A DNA stretch of 64,000 nucleotides from Azolla caroliniana (Eukaryota > Plantae > Polypodiophyta): positions 496,001-560,000 of the forward strand of contig JBHGNT010000018.1 in the NCBI GenBank assembly GCA_043228905.1, given 5' to 3'. Under the pieces are notes generated by a model, which saw nothing but the letters and a program-made list of their open reading frames with translations, was not told the origin of the DNA and did not search any database. Both the position numbers and the translations under genes were made by a program. Of this stretch, positions 11,214 to 24,317 are shown one piece after another; the first letter of the stretch is position 1; each line of letters starts with the position of its first letter.

Positions 11214-14200
11214 ATTATCGTCTTCGGAGGTCAAATATGACCTATGAGACCAAAAATATTACATTTCACGTGATACGTGTGAAAGTGAGTAGTGACTCTC
11301 AATGTTCAAGAAGTTTACCAATGAATGTTGCAATCAAGAGTGCACATTGTGGTTGTGAGAGGAATTCATGCAAGGATTGGGTTCGGTCGAAGAGATGTGG
11401 AAAGCATGGTCGAATATGATCAAAGGCAGAGCATTGTATCAAAGTGTGATACTCAGACTTGCAAACTTGTTTAGGGCAAAGTGTGCATAGCCGACCACTC
11501 TCATCACTTGTGCCCCAACACCATGTTTCACATTGCAACGCATGTGAGCTAAGTCGCATGGAAGCAATAGTTCGAATGGTAGATAACGGTATGGGCTCTA
11601 ATATGTATCGATGTGTACGATTTCCCCGTTCCGCAAAGAATATGGTTTTTTAGTTAGGTGCAACATGTGTAGTATAATGTGTGAAGCGCGAGCCTCCACA
11701 TTTGTCCCATGTCATGATACATTGGCGTTGCAAAAAGGCCTCATTTACAGAGGAATCTAATGATGCATCATGAAGCAAGTGTCTCACATCCCATCTACCA
11801 AATCATTTTTCTATATCTTGCATTCAACCGGAACACAAAATTTTGCTTTTATACGTCTTTTGGATCTTTTTGCTTGCTTCCCACGCAATTCTAAGAAGTC
11901 GATGTGAGGGACTTTTATGAACCTTAAGCATGTATTCAACAACCCTTTCCATGGCCATGATCTCAATGGGAAGTGATCCCGTCTCAAGGAGGAGGGTGTA
12001 GGGCGTTTGTTTCTTAACTTGTAGAAACTTTGTAAGAAAATGTTTTTGGACATTTTCAAACTCTTTCCACATAGATTTAGGGATGTTACTGCCCCATACT
12101 TCCACCCCATCGAGAAGAACCGGTGTCACCAAAGTGTCGAAAAGATATTTCTTAAGGACCCAACACTTAATATCTCCAAGATTGCATGTGTTCTCAAATG
12201 CATAGTATGCTCGCTTACCCGCCTCTAAGCGGTGTGTAGCACATTCATTCCATCTATGATTTGAAGGAACTTCAAGGCCAAGATATTTGAAGCTTTCCAC
12301 ACATTCAAGTGGCTCATTGTTGTACATAATGCATGGTTTATCTCTTTTTTGGCTCTTCACAAGCATAATCTTTGTTTTAGAGCTATTGACACTTAACTTA
12401 GTATTCATGCAAATTTTTTCTAATGCCTTCATAAGCTTTTGTGCATCTCCTAAAGTATTTTCAAAAAGCACTACAACATCTGCATATAGCAAAAGCATAA
12501 TCACAACATTCCCAATGGCAACATCTTCAACACATTCTTCCTTTGCAAACTTGGTAATCATTTCTTCCAATTCATGAATGCATAGACCAAATAGTGTTGG
12601 TGAGAGTGGGCATCATTGCTTAACACCAATAGTGCTTTTGAAAAAATTTGAAAGTTTATCTCTCATGCGCACACAACATATAACCTTCTCATAAATTCGG
12701 GAAATTGCAAGAATATATTTACTTGGCACCTCAAGTTCTTCCATTCACCTCCAAAGATGCTCACGAGGTACCATATCAAATGCTTTCTATAAGTCTACAA
12801 AGCAACAATATAAACCTTTACCTCTAAGGCGACTTTCCTCCATTAATACTCAAAGGGTGATAAGGTGATCAATGGTGCTATGATGTTTTTGAAAGCCATC
12901 TTGTCCATAAGCTCTCTTACCATTTTTTTCAGCCCATACACTTATCTTTGATTCCATAATACATCCAAATAGTTTTGCCATTAATGAGCCAACCATGATG
13001 GTTCGATAGTTGTTTACATTATTTACATCTCCACCTTTATGTAAAGGTTTGATCCAATTTGTTGTCCAATCGTACGACATACCATGTTGTAATGCATCAT
13101 TAAACATATTGCTTATCCATATATGTGCTTCCTTTCCCGTCCATTTGAGCATTTCAGCCTTTATATATTGAAGATCGTTTGCCTTTCGAGAGGCCAATTT
13201 CTTAAGTCCTATGCATATATCTTCAATTATAAAGAAGGGAGGCATATGTGAAAGAGAACCATAACACATCATCTTTCTGGCAAGAGGTAACTCATATAAA
13301 TTCTTACAATGCATAGACAAGTCGTGAAGAGTTAAGTCACCATAACTCTCAACACGTTTCCCCTTCAGATTTCCCCAAAATTTAGCACATGCATGTGTTT
13401 TCTCTTGCGTTTGGATAAATTGTTGAGTAACTTCCCATATATAACCATAAAGCACTTTCTAGCTTCACGACATTCTTTATCAAACCATTTTTTTCTTAAG
13501 TTTCTTGGTGCATTTCCAAGATGTGCGGTTGGTCGAAAAACATTTATTTGTACAGGAGAGAATGACTTTCTTGAAAGCTTCCCATTTGCATTCTAGTGTG
13601 GCTCCATGTTGTATCTTTGTCATTTGTAACATATCCTCAACCATATTGGAATACATGGGTGCTCGCTTAAGGTTCATGCTCAAGTGCGGTTGTTTATTAT
13701 CTTCAATAGCCTTCTCACAATCAAACCTATGTGCCATACATTTGAGATCAATACATAAAGGCCTATGATTGGATTCCGGTGTCCATTCACCAAGTGAGAA
13801 TTTATATATACGATCCAAAATACCTTCGGAAAGTAGCACATAGTCAATCACACTATTTCCGTTGTGTTTTCTACATGTAAAACCATTAGTGTTGGGCCAT
13901 AAGGAAATACCATTTGCAATAAGCAATCCGGTACTATTGCACATTTGTAGGAGTAACTTCCCAAATTGGTCCAGATCTTTTTCATCGATAGAAGAGCGGC
14001 TATACATTTGCATATCCTCTTGCATCCTTGATATATGTGGCATGAAAGATTCTTGTGAATCAAGTTGGAAACTTCTTGTAAGAGCATTCATGTCACCAAA
14101 GACAATAACTTCCCCTTTGGATTTGAAAAAAGCAATATCATCTTCTAGATTGGCAAAAGGTTGATCTTTATCCAAACAAGCATAAAAGTTAGAATCTTGA

Positions 14201-15413
14201 TGAGGAATGTAACATCCAACTACAAAAGTGGACAAATCATTAGGTGTTTCTATTTTGAGCCATATGTAGCATTTATGTTCATCATTTTTTATGATTGACA
14301 CATATTTCTCTATTTCCTTCTTAATCAAACATGCCACCCCTCATTGTCCTCTTCTTTGTCTTGGATTTTTCTTCCATATCAAAGAGTGTACATTATAGTT
14401 TCCTAAACCTTGAATCCTTTGAGTATCATGCTCCCATGTTTTAACAAGAAGTGTTATATCCGAATCATCGATGAACTCCTCTATGCCAAAGCCTGCATTC
14501 CATGGGTATCCATTGCAATTCCAAAAGCATAGTCGTAAAAGGCGTGGGTTAGTCTCATAGGTCATGTGTCCCTATTTGCCTACATTTCCATCTTTAGGCA
14601 CATCCTTAACCTTATTTTTCAATCTTTCTTCATATGCTTTACGACGAGCATTTTGTTGTGAGATAGTACGATCTTTACTCACAAAGCATTGCGTACCTTT
14701 GAGGTATACCCAACTATTTTTTAGTATGATCCGCCGCTTTGTATCATTTGTCATTGTGCATACAATAGGCCTTTCTCCGGAGCGAGTAACACCATGTTTC
14801 CCAACTCGGTGTGCCCCATATACATTCACATCTAACATCCCATAATGCATGCTAAAAAATTCACCAATGGCCTTTCCAAGGGATGCGGGTGTTTCCATAC
14901 TCTCTTCTTTAATCCCACAGACGACAATGTTCTTTGATCGTCATTCACGTTCTTTCAATTCTCAGACATCTATGCTTTCTATATTCTTCTCTTGATGCAT
15001 CACATGCATATTAGATGAGTTTGATACCACATCCCCGCCACACACATCGGCCCATGACTTCATTGTACATACATTTTTCATCTCACTTACATCCCGCCTC
15101 ATGGTGTCCAATTTTTCTTCTTTTAATGCTTCCTTTAACTCAATCTTGTTAAGGAGCTCATTTGGTTCGAAAGAAGCTCTTTTACATTCTTGAATCTCTT
15201 CTTGAAGTTTTGCAACCACTTGTTTAAGACTTTCATTCTCAATGACAACAATTTGGAGCTTTGCATTCTCTTTCATTAACGTCCTAATCTCTTCACCTTG
15301 CTTGTTTATGGTTTCTTGAAGAGAAATCAAGTGACTCATAAGCATTTTGTCCATTGCATTGGTATCGAGATTTGTTGGTGATCTCAGCTCATTATAAATC
15401 ATACCCCCGAACT
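11209..15413 (-). mobile_element. Non-LTR retrotransposon (LINE, RTE-X-like), degenerate, slightly 5'-truncated: ORF1 plus ORF2 (APE endonuclease, RT, C-terminal CCHC-like domain)
   Basis: ORF1 pieces 15402-14572 (coiled coil, HRVGK..RPIV); ORF2 ATG at 14565 with APE motifs FWNCNG, VKTW, GCYIP, FGDMNA, SVIDY, SNHRP; RT motifs PLHKGG..NNYRTI, QDGFQ, YADV, FKYLG; C-terminal RLSSHALQCE..RLCTLC..EYHTLIQC. Several stops and frameshifts; 3' end abuts (TC)n. Clade assignment is inference. Confidence 0.9.
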
Positions 15414-15960
15414 AATTGTATTCTCTCTGATTATAGTGAAGTTTTGGTGACCCAAAAGGCACCCGTGGTTTTTTCCCCTGATTCAGGATATTCCACGTAA
15501 ATCGTGTGTTGCTTGTTTCTGTTTTGTGTCTTAGTATAATTGTTGTTTGCATCTGAGTGTATATCACTTCAAACTAGTATCAAAGCAATAGGTTCTAGAT
15601 GGAAAGAAGTATGAGTGGATTTCCAGGGATGATCGTTCTAAATTCCCATAACTATGCTGATTGGAAGATCAAGATGAAGGATCTTCTAATAGTCAAAGAC
15701 CTATATGAGTTGATAGATAGGTAGGATATACCAACAAGGGTAATAGAGTCTGAGTGGTATGTCCTAAATAGAAAGGTTATGGCAACCATAAGACAGTGTG
15801 TAGACATTATCATTCTACATCATGTAGCAAGTGATACAAATGCCTACGAGTTGTGGCTTAAACTGAACGATGCCCGTGGTTTTTCCCTGATTCGGGATTT
15901 TCCACGTAAATCGTGTGTTGCTTGTTTTCTGTTTTGTGTCTCAGCACAATTGTTGTTTAG
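15412..15960 (+). mobile_element. Internally deleted Ty1/Copia remnant: LTR 3' part, PBS, gag N-terminus, then a second LTR piece
   Basis: PBS-like tagtatcaaagc (cf. TGGTATCAGAGC, tRNA-iMet) near 15575; gag MERSMSGFPGMIVLNSHNYADWKIKMKDLLIVKDLY..AYELW; LTR motif cccgtggtttttccctgattc..ccacgtaaatcgtgtg occurs near 15462 and 15872. Confidence 0.8.
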
Positions 15961-17077
15961 ATCTTGTGCCATAGTTTCTCATTTAAGTGTTACTAGTGAG
16001 TCTCCAAGATAATGCTTCTGCGGATGTTGTTTGGGCTTGATTATGTTTGTGTAGAAGTTGAGCTTATATATACCTCTCGTAAAATTGTACATTCTTTTAT
16101 TGACAGTTCTTTCCGAGTTTTCCTCTCCATTGAAGGATGGATGGGCTTGTAAACAAACTCCTCTGTTTTTGCTTGTAACATGTACATTACTGGTTTGATG
16201 TGTTTTATTCTATGACAATGTGGAAAAGTATCATAAATGTTTCGCGCAAGGAGGCTTAGATTGAAACAACTCAAGAGTTAATCCATTTAAGGTAGTGAAG
16301 TTTGGAATGGTAATTGGATAATGGAACACTAATAAAGTTTGAGTTTATCTGAAGGACATTTCAGACACAATGCACAATGAAAGCTCGTACAGGGTTCAAT
16401 CCTAGTGACAATGCCAAAAAGTACAAGATATGCTTAGTGGGATTCCTGTTGGATTGGAGTGTAAATATTTAGAATGCTCTTTGCATGAAATAAGAACTAG
16501 AATTAAGACACATCGAATGTGGGTGGGGGTGTGGGGATATTACATGTTATTATTTATCAGATATTTTGAGATTTGTGTAAAGGGTGAACCTTTGGTAATG
16601 GTCAGTTTGAGGATTTCACCAAAGACATGATTGTTTAAAGTCAATCTTCGCCTTATGTTCACAATCTTGCAACTTTTAGGCATGGATTTTGTACGTATGC
16701 AACCGACCTTCAATCGAGAGTTGATGAAGAACACAACTTGATATACAAGGACAACAATGATTAACAATTCAATCCGTTACTAATGATATGCTAGGTAACG
16801 TATTACCAATATGGTGACACATAAAGCACTAACAACAAAAGCTTGCAACTTTTATGCTTGGGTTTGTGTGCATGGATTTTGTTATTTTCGAGATATCTAT
16901 GCAACCAACCTTCAACCTAGAGTTGATAAGAAACACAACTTGCTAACAAGGACAACATCACCAATACAATGTCTTACCCATGATATGGGTAGCTTATTAA
17001 TGATATGGTGACACATAATGCCCTAACAACAAAATGGAAACTAGTGCACACCACTCATGTTATTTGAGGTTCAAACA

Positions 17078-17110
<33 letters not shown>
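15959..17110 (+). repeat. Further copy of the PI4K 3' UTR and intergenic segment (segmental duplication unit)
   Basis: gatcttgtgcc..tttctcatttaagtg..gagtctccaagataatgcttctg and downstream sequence match about 6300-7560. Confidence 0.88.
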
Positions 17111-17114
<4 letters not shown>

Positions 17115-17115
<1 letters not shown>

Positions 17116-18767
17116 TAACAAATGAAGGGAGAACCGGCATTTGCATTGGTACAATAGAAACTAGAAGATCTATCCTCACTACCCACTTGCTTAGCATAAC
17201 TATTATAGTTACTCGGCCCACCTTCGACTATTTGCTTAACAATTTGTGTTCCTAGAGATCCTACCAACCCACAAACCCACCTCCTCCTTGTTCATTATTA
17301 TCCCCTCCCATGGGAGATCAATCGTCACTATTATTATCCCCACTATTATCCCCAATATTATCCCCACTACCGTCAAACAAAGTTGTCCTTATGTTGCCTA
17401 CTTGTACATCATCTTTCCCCAACTTTTGTTTTAACAATTCTAACAAAATGTTCAATGGCAAAGGCTTGTTCTTTATCTCCACATCATCTCCGCCATAGCT
17501 CCCGTCCGAGTCGGTGTTTTTCGTAAATGCACTCCCATCCCGATCATTTCCATATCCTTCCCTTGAAGATTGGTAGCTATCTCCTATTTCCTCCTTTGAG
17601 TTCTCAATGAGGCCACCGCAATGGCCAGAATCTGAGACTATGGTGAGTTTGACATTAGGAGGAAGCTTATTCACCAAGGAATAGAACTCGTTATCTACAC
17701 ATCATAAGAAATGGATAAGTACACATTAATACATCCACAAGAAGTTTAGAATATTTGATGCTAAGAAAAAACACACTTTCTGTAGTTGTTATCACTATAG
17801 GCCCTAATGATTAACCCCTAACAAATATTACTTGTGTTCAAAGTAATATCAGTCTCTCCATGGATTCTACATAGTGTTCTTATATTAACACCATAATCAT
17901 CAAACTAATGCCGATCCCATACATTTGCAAACGAATGTGTAAGTTATGAAAGCATACTTAATGTTTATTTTGATTTTTACGTTTTTCACCGAAACTTTTA
18001 TACTTTAAAATAAAGTTTTACCTTATAATAAATAATGAATACAAAAGTATGGTATTTACCCTACTTTGAGGGTGTTTACCATACTCGAATGCGAATGCAT
18101 GTATGGTACGTATGGTTCATACCATTGGTCGTAACATACTCAAATGCATTTGCAAACATACTTTTCCATACGTATATGTTTGCAATGTGATGTGTATGTT
18201 ATGAAAACATACACGTTTTTACCTTAATTTTCTTAACTTAAAAATAACGTTTTACCGTATAATAAATAACAAATACAAAAATATGGTATTTACCATACTT
18301 GGAAGGTGTTAACTATACATGAATGATCGAAACCTACTCAAATGCAAATATACGTGTGGTGCGTATGGTTCACTATTCTTTGGACTCAATATCAACATCT
18401 AGTAATGAATGCAATCATATTGGCACATACCATTGATTAAATTCAGGTAAGACGGGACGATACATTCGTCATAGCCCGTCTCGTCGTCGTCTACAGGAAC
18501 ACGGGTACCACGGTCATTGTAGTGGAAGTAGAGGATGTCGTCGGGTGCCGACTCAGAAATGAGGTCGTGGAGGGCTTGGTGGATATTGGCACCCGTCGGT
18601 TTAGTGTAGTTGTCATCGGTGTCAATGAGCACCATAATGTCTTCTTGAGAGAATCCATACTTGTCCAATAGGAGCTTGCGCATGTTCCACACATCGTTGA
18701 CACATCCGTGAAGTTCAGATTCTATGCCCGGGTAGTTACAGCCCACTAAGACAACCATCTTATCCAT
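17115..18767 (-). pseudogene. Catalytically dead, truncated type II metacaspase copy MC-B: open frame join(18767..18431, 17694..17318), 237 aa, then degenerate p10 remnant
   Basis: FHYSGHG->FHYNDRG (catalytic His lost), SDSCHSG->SDSGHCG (catalytic Cys lost); splice sites intact; internal deletion TTLFD|GSGDN; TGA at 17318-17320; most of p10 deleted. Confidence 0.88.
17915..18372. repeat. AT-rich repeat insertion with two related subunits in the intron of MC-B (also present in the MC-D intron, about 39660-39955)
   Basis: catttgcaaac..gttatgaaa..atggtatttacc..gtatggttca appears twice; absent from introns of MC-A, MC-C and MC-E; a related end in reverse orientation near 50915-50970. Confidence 0.65.
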
Positions 18768-18853
18768 TATGTTTGTATAATGCTCTCTCTCTCTCTGTTT
18801 GTGGTTGTCAAGGTTAGGTCTTAAGTTGTCTCACCATCTCTCCACTGGTTAGA

Positions 18854-18860
18854 TTTTATA
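18854..18860 (-). promoter_or_regulatory. TATA box (TATAAAA) of MC-B; equivalents at 25930-25936 (MC-C) and 42461-42467 (MC-E)
   Basis: TATAAAATCT on the - strand about 90-155 nt upstream of each ATG, in homologous context upstream of a GA-rich 5' UTR. Confidence 0.6.
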
Positions 18861-20786
18861 ATATGTAGTGTCTTTGTAACGGATCAATGTGAGACCTTGC
18901 TCAGTCTTCTCAAGGACAAGTGACCTATGTGGGGCCAACCAATTTGGATGCCCTGCTTTGACATTTTCATCACCCGAAACAATCGAAACACGACGCGGCA
19001 GGGCCGCAAAAGAAAAGAAAAGAAAAGTAAAGACATGGTGATCCCCTCCCTAATCAAAGATGGATTCTGCACTTACCTTCTCATTTTTGAACCATAGGTC
19101 AAAGGTGGAAACCTCGTGATACAACAAGACAATGGAGTCCCTTTTCATACTTTGACTTGTTAAACTCTTGAGCATATAACTATATACAATAGCTAAGAAT
19201 GGAATCATAGGAACAAAAGAATTGTCTTCACAAACCTTATATTATTATAGAAGGATGGTTTTTTGTTTTACATATCTATCTCCACATATTCCTAAATTAA
19301 TTACATTATGTTATATTTCCAAGCTTCAAAGCTTTTGCCCCACATGGACCCTTCAAAATTGGCCTTGTTTTGTGTGCCTATGCCCACAAAATGTTAATAA
19401 CCTGACTCCTTTAAGAAATAATTGTTCATTTCAATTTTTGTTTTTGATATTATTCTCGGACAAAATGTTCTTTTCACATCCAATTGATGATAGCGGCAAA
19501 GTTTCATTATCCATGGAGCTGCTTGTTCCTCCCACTCATCACAATTACAACAATCTTCCCAACACAAGTGCATGCATGGTTGTATCGCTAAACCAACTTC
19601 TCATCTCCAAAGTAAAAGATTGTCTTTCTCTTGATTTTATTCTTTGTTTATGCAATGTATATGAATCATTCCCAAAATGATTATATAACACATATGACAC
19701 TCTTGTGCATGCATCTAACTTTTCCAACTATTTATCATAGTATTTTGGACATTTGGGGCTTGAACTATATCAAAATCATTCTTCAAACCACGACATTATA
19801 GAACAATCAAATTTCTTACATAGGTTTGACACCAATTGATCATATGAGCAGTTGCTATGTGATATATTTCTTGTATATGATCTTCATCACCTTTATACAT
19901 TGAATCCCATTGTGCCTTTAATATCCACAAAACTCATAAATATGTTTCCATTATGTACCTTTCTCATGAAAATTTTAGAATGAAATGCATCTATAACAAA
20001 TGTATCATCAAGGAATGCCAAATGGAAAACTGTTTCAAATGGTTGATTCAAGAGGTTTTCCAATACTAGCAATATTTGGATATACCCTTAAAGTTAACTA
20101 TTCAACATGTTAATCTCTCCAATCACATCGCAAACAAACTGAACAAAAGTTGCACCCACTAGTAATTAAGGTCTCTTTACATTTTCCCATAGTAATGAAC
20201 CTCTCAATAAAACAATTTCAACAAGATGTCGTGTACAAACACCAAATAAAGGATGATTGATGTATCCATCTAAATGCTAGAAGCAACGATTAAAGATCAA
20301 CAAGCTTGAGATAGGCAGGTTAGAGTATAGCCTCAACTATGTGGTAGAAAATTCAAAACTATCTCATTTAGTTCTATACTCAAAAAGTTTAATTTATTGG
20401 TGTGTAATCTTGATATCGAATTGGGAGTACAACAAATATATGAGCAAATAGCTAGGCACATGATCTAGTGAATCCACTCACTCGCTATACTGTGGATGTA
20501 TTGTGCCATCTTGATATAAAATGTTGTGATGAAGATAGCCACACGATTGATTGCCTTAAAGTTGAGACTTACTAATAAGTGTTGTATTCCGTTTGTGCAA
20601 ACTAAACAAGCATACGGAGTTTGGTTTTGTAGATATTAGGACTAATATATTCCATCAAATGTAGTGTTTGACGTAGTGAAAGTCCCTTACCCTAGGTCAT
20701 TTTATTAGTCGGATTTGAGCTAGCCAAACTCCTTCGCTTGAGTCACTTTATTGTTAAGAGATTTATTTCCCTATGCTAGAGGCAAT

Positions 20787-21316
20787 TAACAACATGCAAT
20801 GGTTTGGTTTGGTTCGTTTCGAGAGTGTTAAACTCAAACCGTTTTAATTTTTTGAAACTTAAACCGACCAAACCAAACCAAACCAAACCAAACCAAACCA
20901 AACCAAAACCACAAAACCATTTAAACCGAAACAATTAAAACCGAATTATTAAACCGCTAAAACCACGATTTCACGAATTGGTTTCGGTTTTCAAGTTACA
21001 TAAAAATTCAAAATTTCAAATTTCAATTTCAAGATTTTATATTTTTCAATATTTAAAATTTAAAATTTTCAAAATATAATTATTTCCCCTAAAATGTCAG
21101 AATCAAGCCGAAAAATGAAAAGGTTGTCCAAAAAGTATAAAAAAATAATAAAGTGACTGCCCTAAATCGTTTAAGCCACGATTTCAAACCGTTTAAAGCG
21201 AACAGAAACCAAATTGTTAAAAAAAACTCGAACTTGAATTGAACCAAACCATATAAACTATTAAGTCGCGGTTTCACGGTTCTGATCGGTTAAAATGGAA
21301 CTGTTGACAATTGCTA
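20787..21316. mobile_element. hAT-related MITE with 8-bp TSD
   Basis: TSD GAGGCAAT at 20779-20786 and 21317-21324; imperfect TIR TAACAA..GCAATGG / CTGTTGACAATTGCTA resembling the TIR of the hAT at 45797; subterminal AACCG/AACCA motifs. Confidence 0.85.
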
Positions 21317-21600
21317 GAGGCAATTGAGCAAAGTGGTAGAAGGTATAACAATTGAGCATAGAGAGCCACATGAAAAAGACATGGAATCCCTACAATTAAA
21401 AATCCTAAACCTATAATTAGACCCCAAACAAAAGAAGTAATCTGTATGTGTCAATGAATGTCCATGGGGTAGTGGCTAAGGGCCTCGATAAACACATTGC
21501 AACCTAACTAGTGTGGAGAAGTTTAGGACTACTCACATGTTTGTTTTAATTAGCTCATTGATTGGCAAGAATGCGCGCGACTACGATCAGTGTGACATCA

Positions 21601-21766
21601 GGAATTACAGAAATAACCCCTTACCTTTTACTTATTCACCAAGAAACAAAGCACTTCATTTGCACAACATGAAACACATACATATGTGCGGGGGGTTTTC
21701 CACACAAGTGGAACCCACACTTGAAAAGGTAATAAGTAAAAGGTAAGGGGTTATTTCTGTAATTTC
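21601..21766. repeat. Short foldback: about 38-bp inverted repeats around a ~88-bp spacer (possible Mutator-like MITE)
   Basis: ggaattacagaaataaccccttaccttttacttattcacc (21601-21640) versus ggtaataagtaaaaggtaaggggttatttctgtaatttc (21728-21766); no clear TSD. Confidence 0.7.
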
Positions 21767-22772
21767 AGCACTACTTTTACTTATTGCTTATATGCCCCTA
21801 CGGAGGGGTACTGTAAGAAATAAAAAAAACGAAGCCAAAGAAAATCAGAAAACAGAGAGTGAAAAACACCTTGAGAGAAGACAGAGAGATTAGGAGAAAA
21901 CAGAGAGGGAGGAGACACAGAGAGATCGATTAAAAAGCACAAGAGAGATAGGTAAGGAAAGGAGGGAGTTAGAGACAACTTTGATCTCATCTGGTATCGT
22001 AGCCCTACTTCTGTCATCTGTGGAAGAGTTCTCCTCTCTGTCGATCTCACTCACTACACAATCTTACAGGTAAACCGTCCTACCTTCGTCTTAATGATAT
22101 GTCCGAGTAGAAGCAGGAAAACAAACAAATGATACCTAGGGTTGTTTGATCTTGATGTAATAGAAAGGAAATGTGTTCCAAACATCCACCGATGGGGATT
22201 TCCTTTTGCATCCATGTGTATGGTGAAACTGTTTTTGACTTGGTACCAAGTTTGTTGTAAATTAGATGGTTTAGTGATTCCACTGTGACGATGATGAGAG
22301 TTTTTGGATATTAACATTGTCAATCCTTTTTGCGAGACTGGTATGCCCTAAATGCAATATCTTTTGTACTTCAATCCCATAGTTATAAGTTATAACCAAC
22401 AGAAATTAAGGGTAAAAGAAAAGAATTTCAGTTCGTTGTGTGTGGTTGTCAATTATATTTTTGGCGCCCCGTTTTTCCTGACGTAATATAATTCGATGGT
22501 ATATCAGGTTCATGTCACAAAGCACAATAGGGTTATTCATGAGTTAGTCTCATTGTTTTGTTAGTAAGGGTTGGTCTACTTTGGCCGCAATATAAACTTG
22601 TTAACACTGAGCACGGTCTTGTTGGCACCTTAATCAAGTGAGTTTAGCATCAGAAGTGACAATGCATTTGCTGTGGCCTGTTTCGTCTTTATGGTCTGTT
22701 CAGCATCCAGGCTGACACCATGTCGGCAGGCTTCGATTGGAAGATTACGGCGCCCTCCAGTTTAGGGTAGAG

Positions 22773-23279
22773 GAAGATTGTTTTGGAGATGGAAGTTGTG
22801 TGGCCCAAGTACCGATTTTAACCATGTCTCCCTCCTTTGGATGAAGATGGTCTATTGCTGGCAAACAAAGGAGTTTCAACTGTTAAATCTAGTTGTTTGA
22901 ACAAGAGACTTTCCTTAGGATCCCCAAGAAATATGTGGCATGTCAGTGGACATCAACCATTTGGTAGTCCCAGGATGAAAGCAATATCCTCAGTCATCCA
23001 GTCCCATGTGTTACAGAAGCATCAGTTTGAATCACCATAAGCCCACATATGGAAACTATGGTGGTAGGAAGAAATATCTGTTCAAACAGCACCCAAGATG
23101 AATGGGAAAGGCGTCTCTGCTGCTAATACAAATCAATTTTCTCTTGGGGACATGAGTGATGAAGAGTGGATGTGTTTTTTGAGCTGTTTCAGTAGTGTTT
23201 TGGAAGAAGCTCTGGCATCTAGGAGTAATCAGAATGTGAATTTCAATAGGCAGAGACTTGGGACCTCTTTTCAGTTTGA
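22773..23279 (+). pseudogene. Duplicated 3' fragment of PI4K-gamma, frameshifted, followed by the duplicated 3' UTR/intergenic segment to about 24310
   Basis: Matches 5735-6301 with deletions (CFGDGSCV.QVPIL, DEDGLLLANK, SPRNMWHVSGHQPFGSPRMK, RQRLGTSFQF); 1-bp loss at the stop. Confidence 0.92.
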
Positions 23280-24317
23280 TTTTGTGCCACATCTTCTCAT
23301 TTAAGTGTTTCTAGTAAGTCTCCAAGATAATGCTTCTGCGGATGTAGTTTGTGTAGAAATTGAGCTTATATATACCTCTTGTAAAATTGTAAATTCTTTT
23401 ATGGACAGTTCTTTCAGAGTTTTCCTCTCCATTGAACATGTACATTACTGGTTTGATGCATCTTATTCTATGACAATGTGGAAAAATATCATAAATGTTT
23501 CGCTCAGGGAGTCTTAAATTGAAACAACTCAAGAGTTAATCCATTTAAGGTAGTGAAGTTTGGAATGATAATTGGATAATGGAACACTAATAAAGTTTGT
23601 GCTTGTCTGAAAGACATTTCTGATACAATGCACCATGTAAGCTCGAAGAGGGTCCAATCCAAGTAACATAGGCATAAAGTATAAGCTATGCTTATTGGGA
23701 TTCCTGTTGGATTGGAGTGTAAATATTTAGAATGCTCGGCATGAAATAAGAACTGGAATTAAGACACATCAAATGTGGGTGGGGTTGTGGGGATACTTCA
23801 TGTAATTATTTATCACATCTTTTGAGATTGGTGTAAAGGGTAAACTTTTGGTAATGGTTAGTTTGAGGACATGATTGTGTAAAGTCTTATCTTCGCTTTC
23901 TGTTCTCAATCTTGCCACTTTTAGGCATGGATTTTGGACGTATGCAACCAGCCTTCAATCTAGAGTTGATAAATAACAGAACTTGATAACAAGGACAACA
24001 CCAATTAACAATACAATCTCTTACTGATGATATGGGTAGTGTATTAACAATATGGTGACACATAAAGCACTAGCAACAAAAGCTTGCAGCTTTTAGGCTT
24101 GGGTTTTTATACATGGATTTTGTTATTTCTGAGATATCTATTCAACAATTGGCTAACAAGGACAACACCACCAATTAAGAATACAATCCCTTACCAATGA
24201 TATTGGTAGCTTATTAATGAAACAGTGGCACATAAAGCACTAACAACAAAATGGAAACTAGTGCACACTACTCATGTTATTTGAATTTCCAACAAGGACA
24301 GAGTTGACACTAGATAA

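Noticed and set aside
21995-22055. TGACAGAAG on the - strand as a miR156-like microRNA
   Set aside because: Only the first 9 nt match and no complementary star arm is visible.
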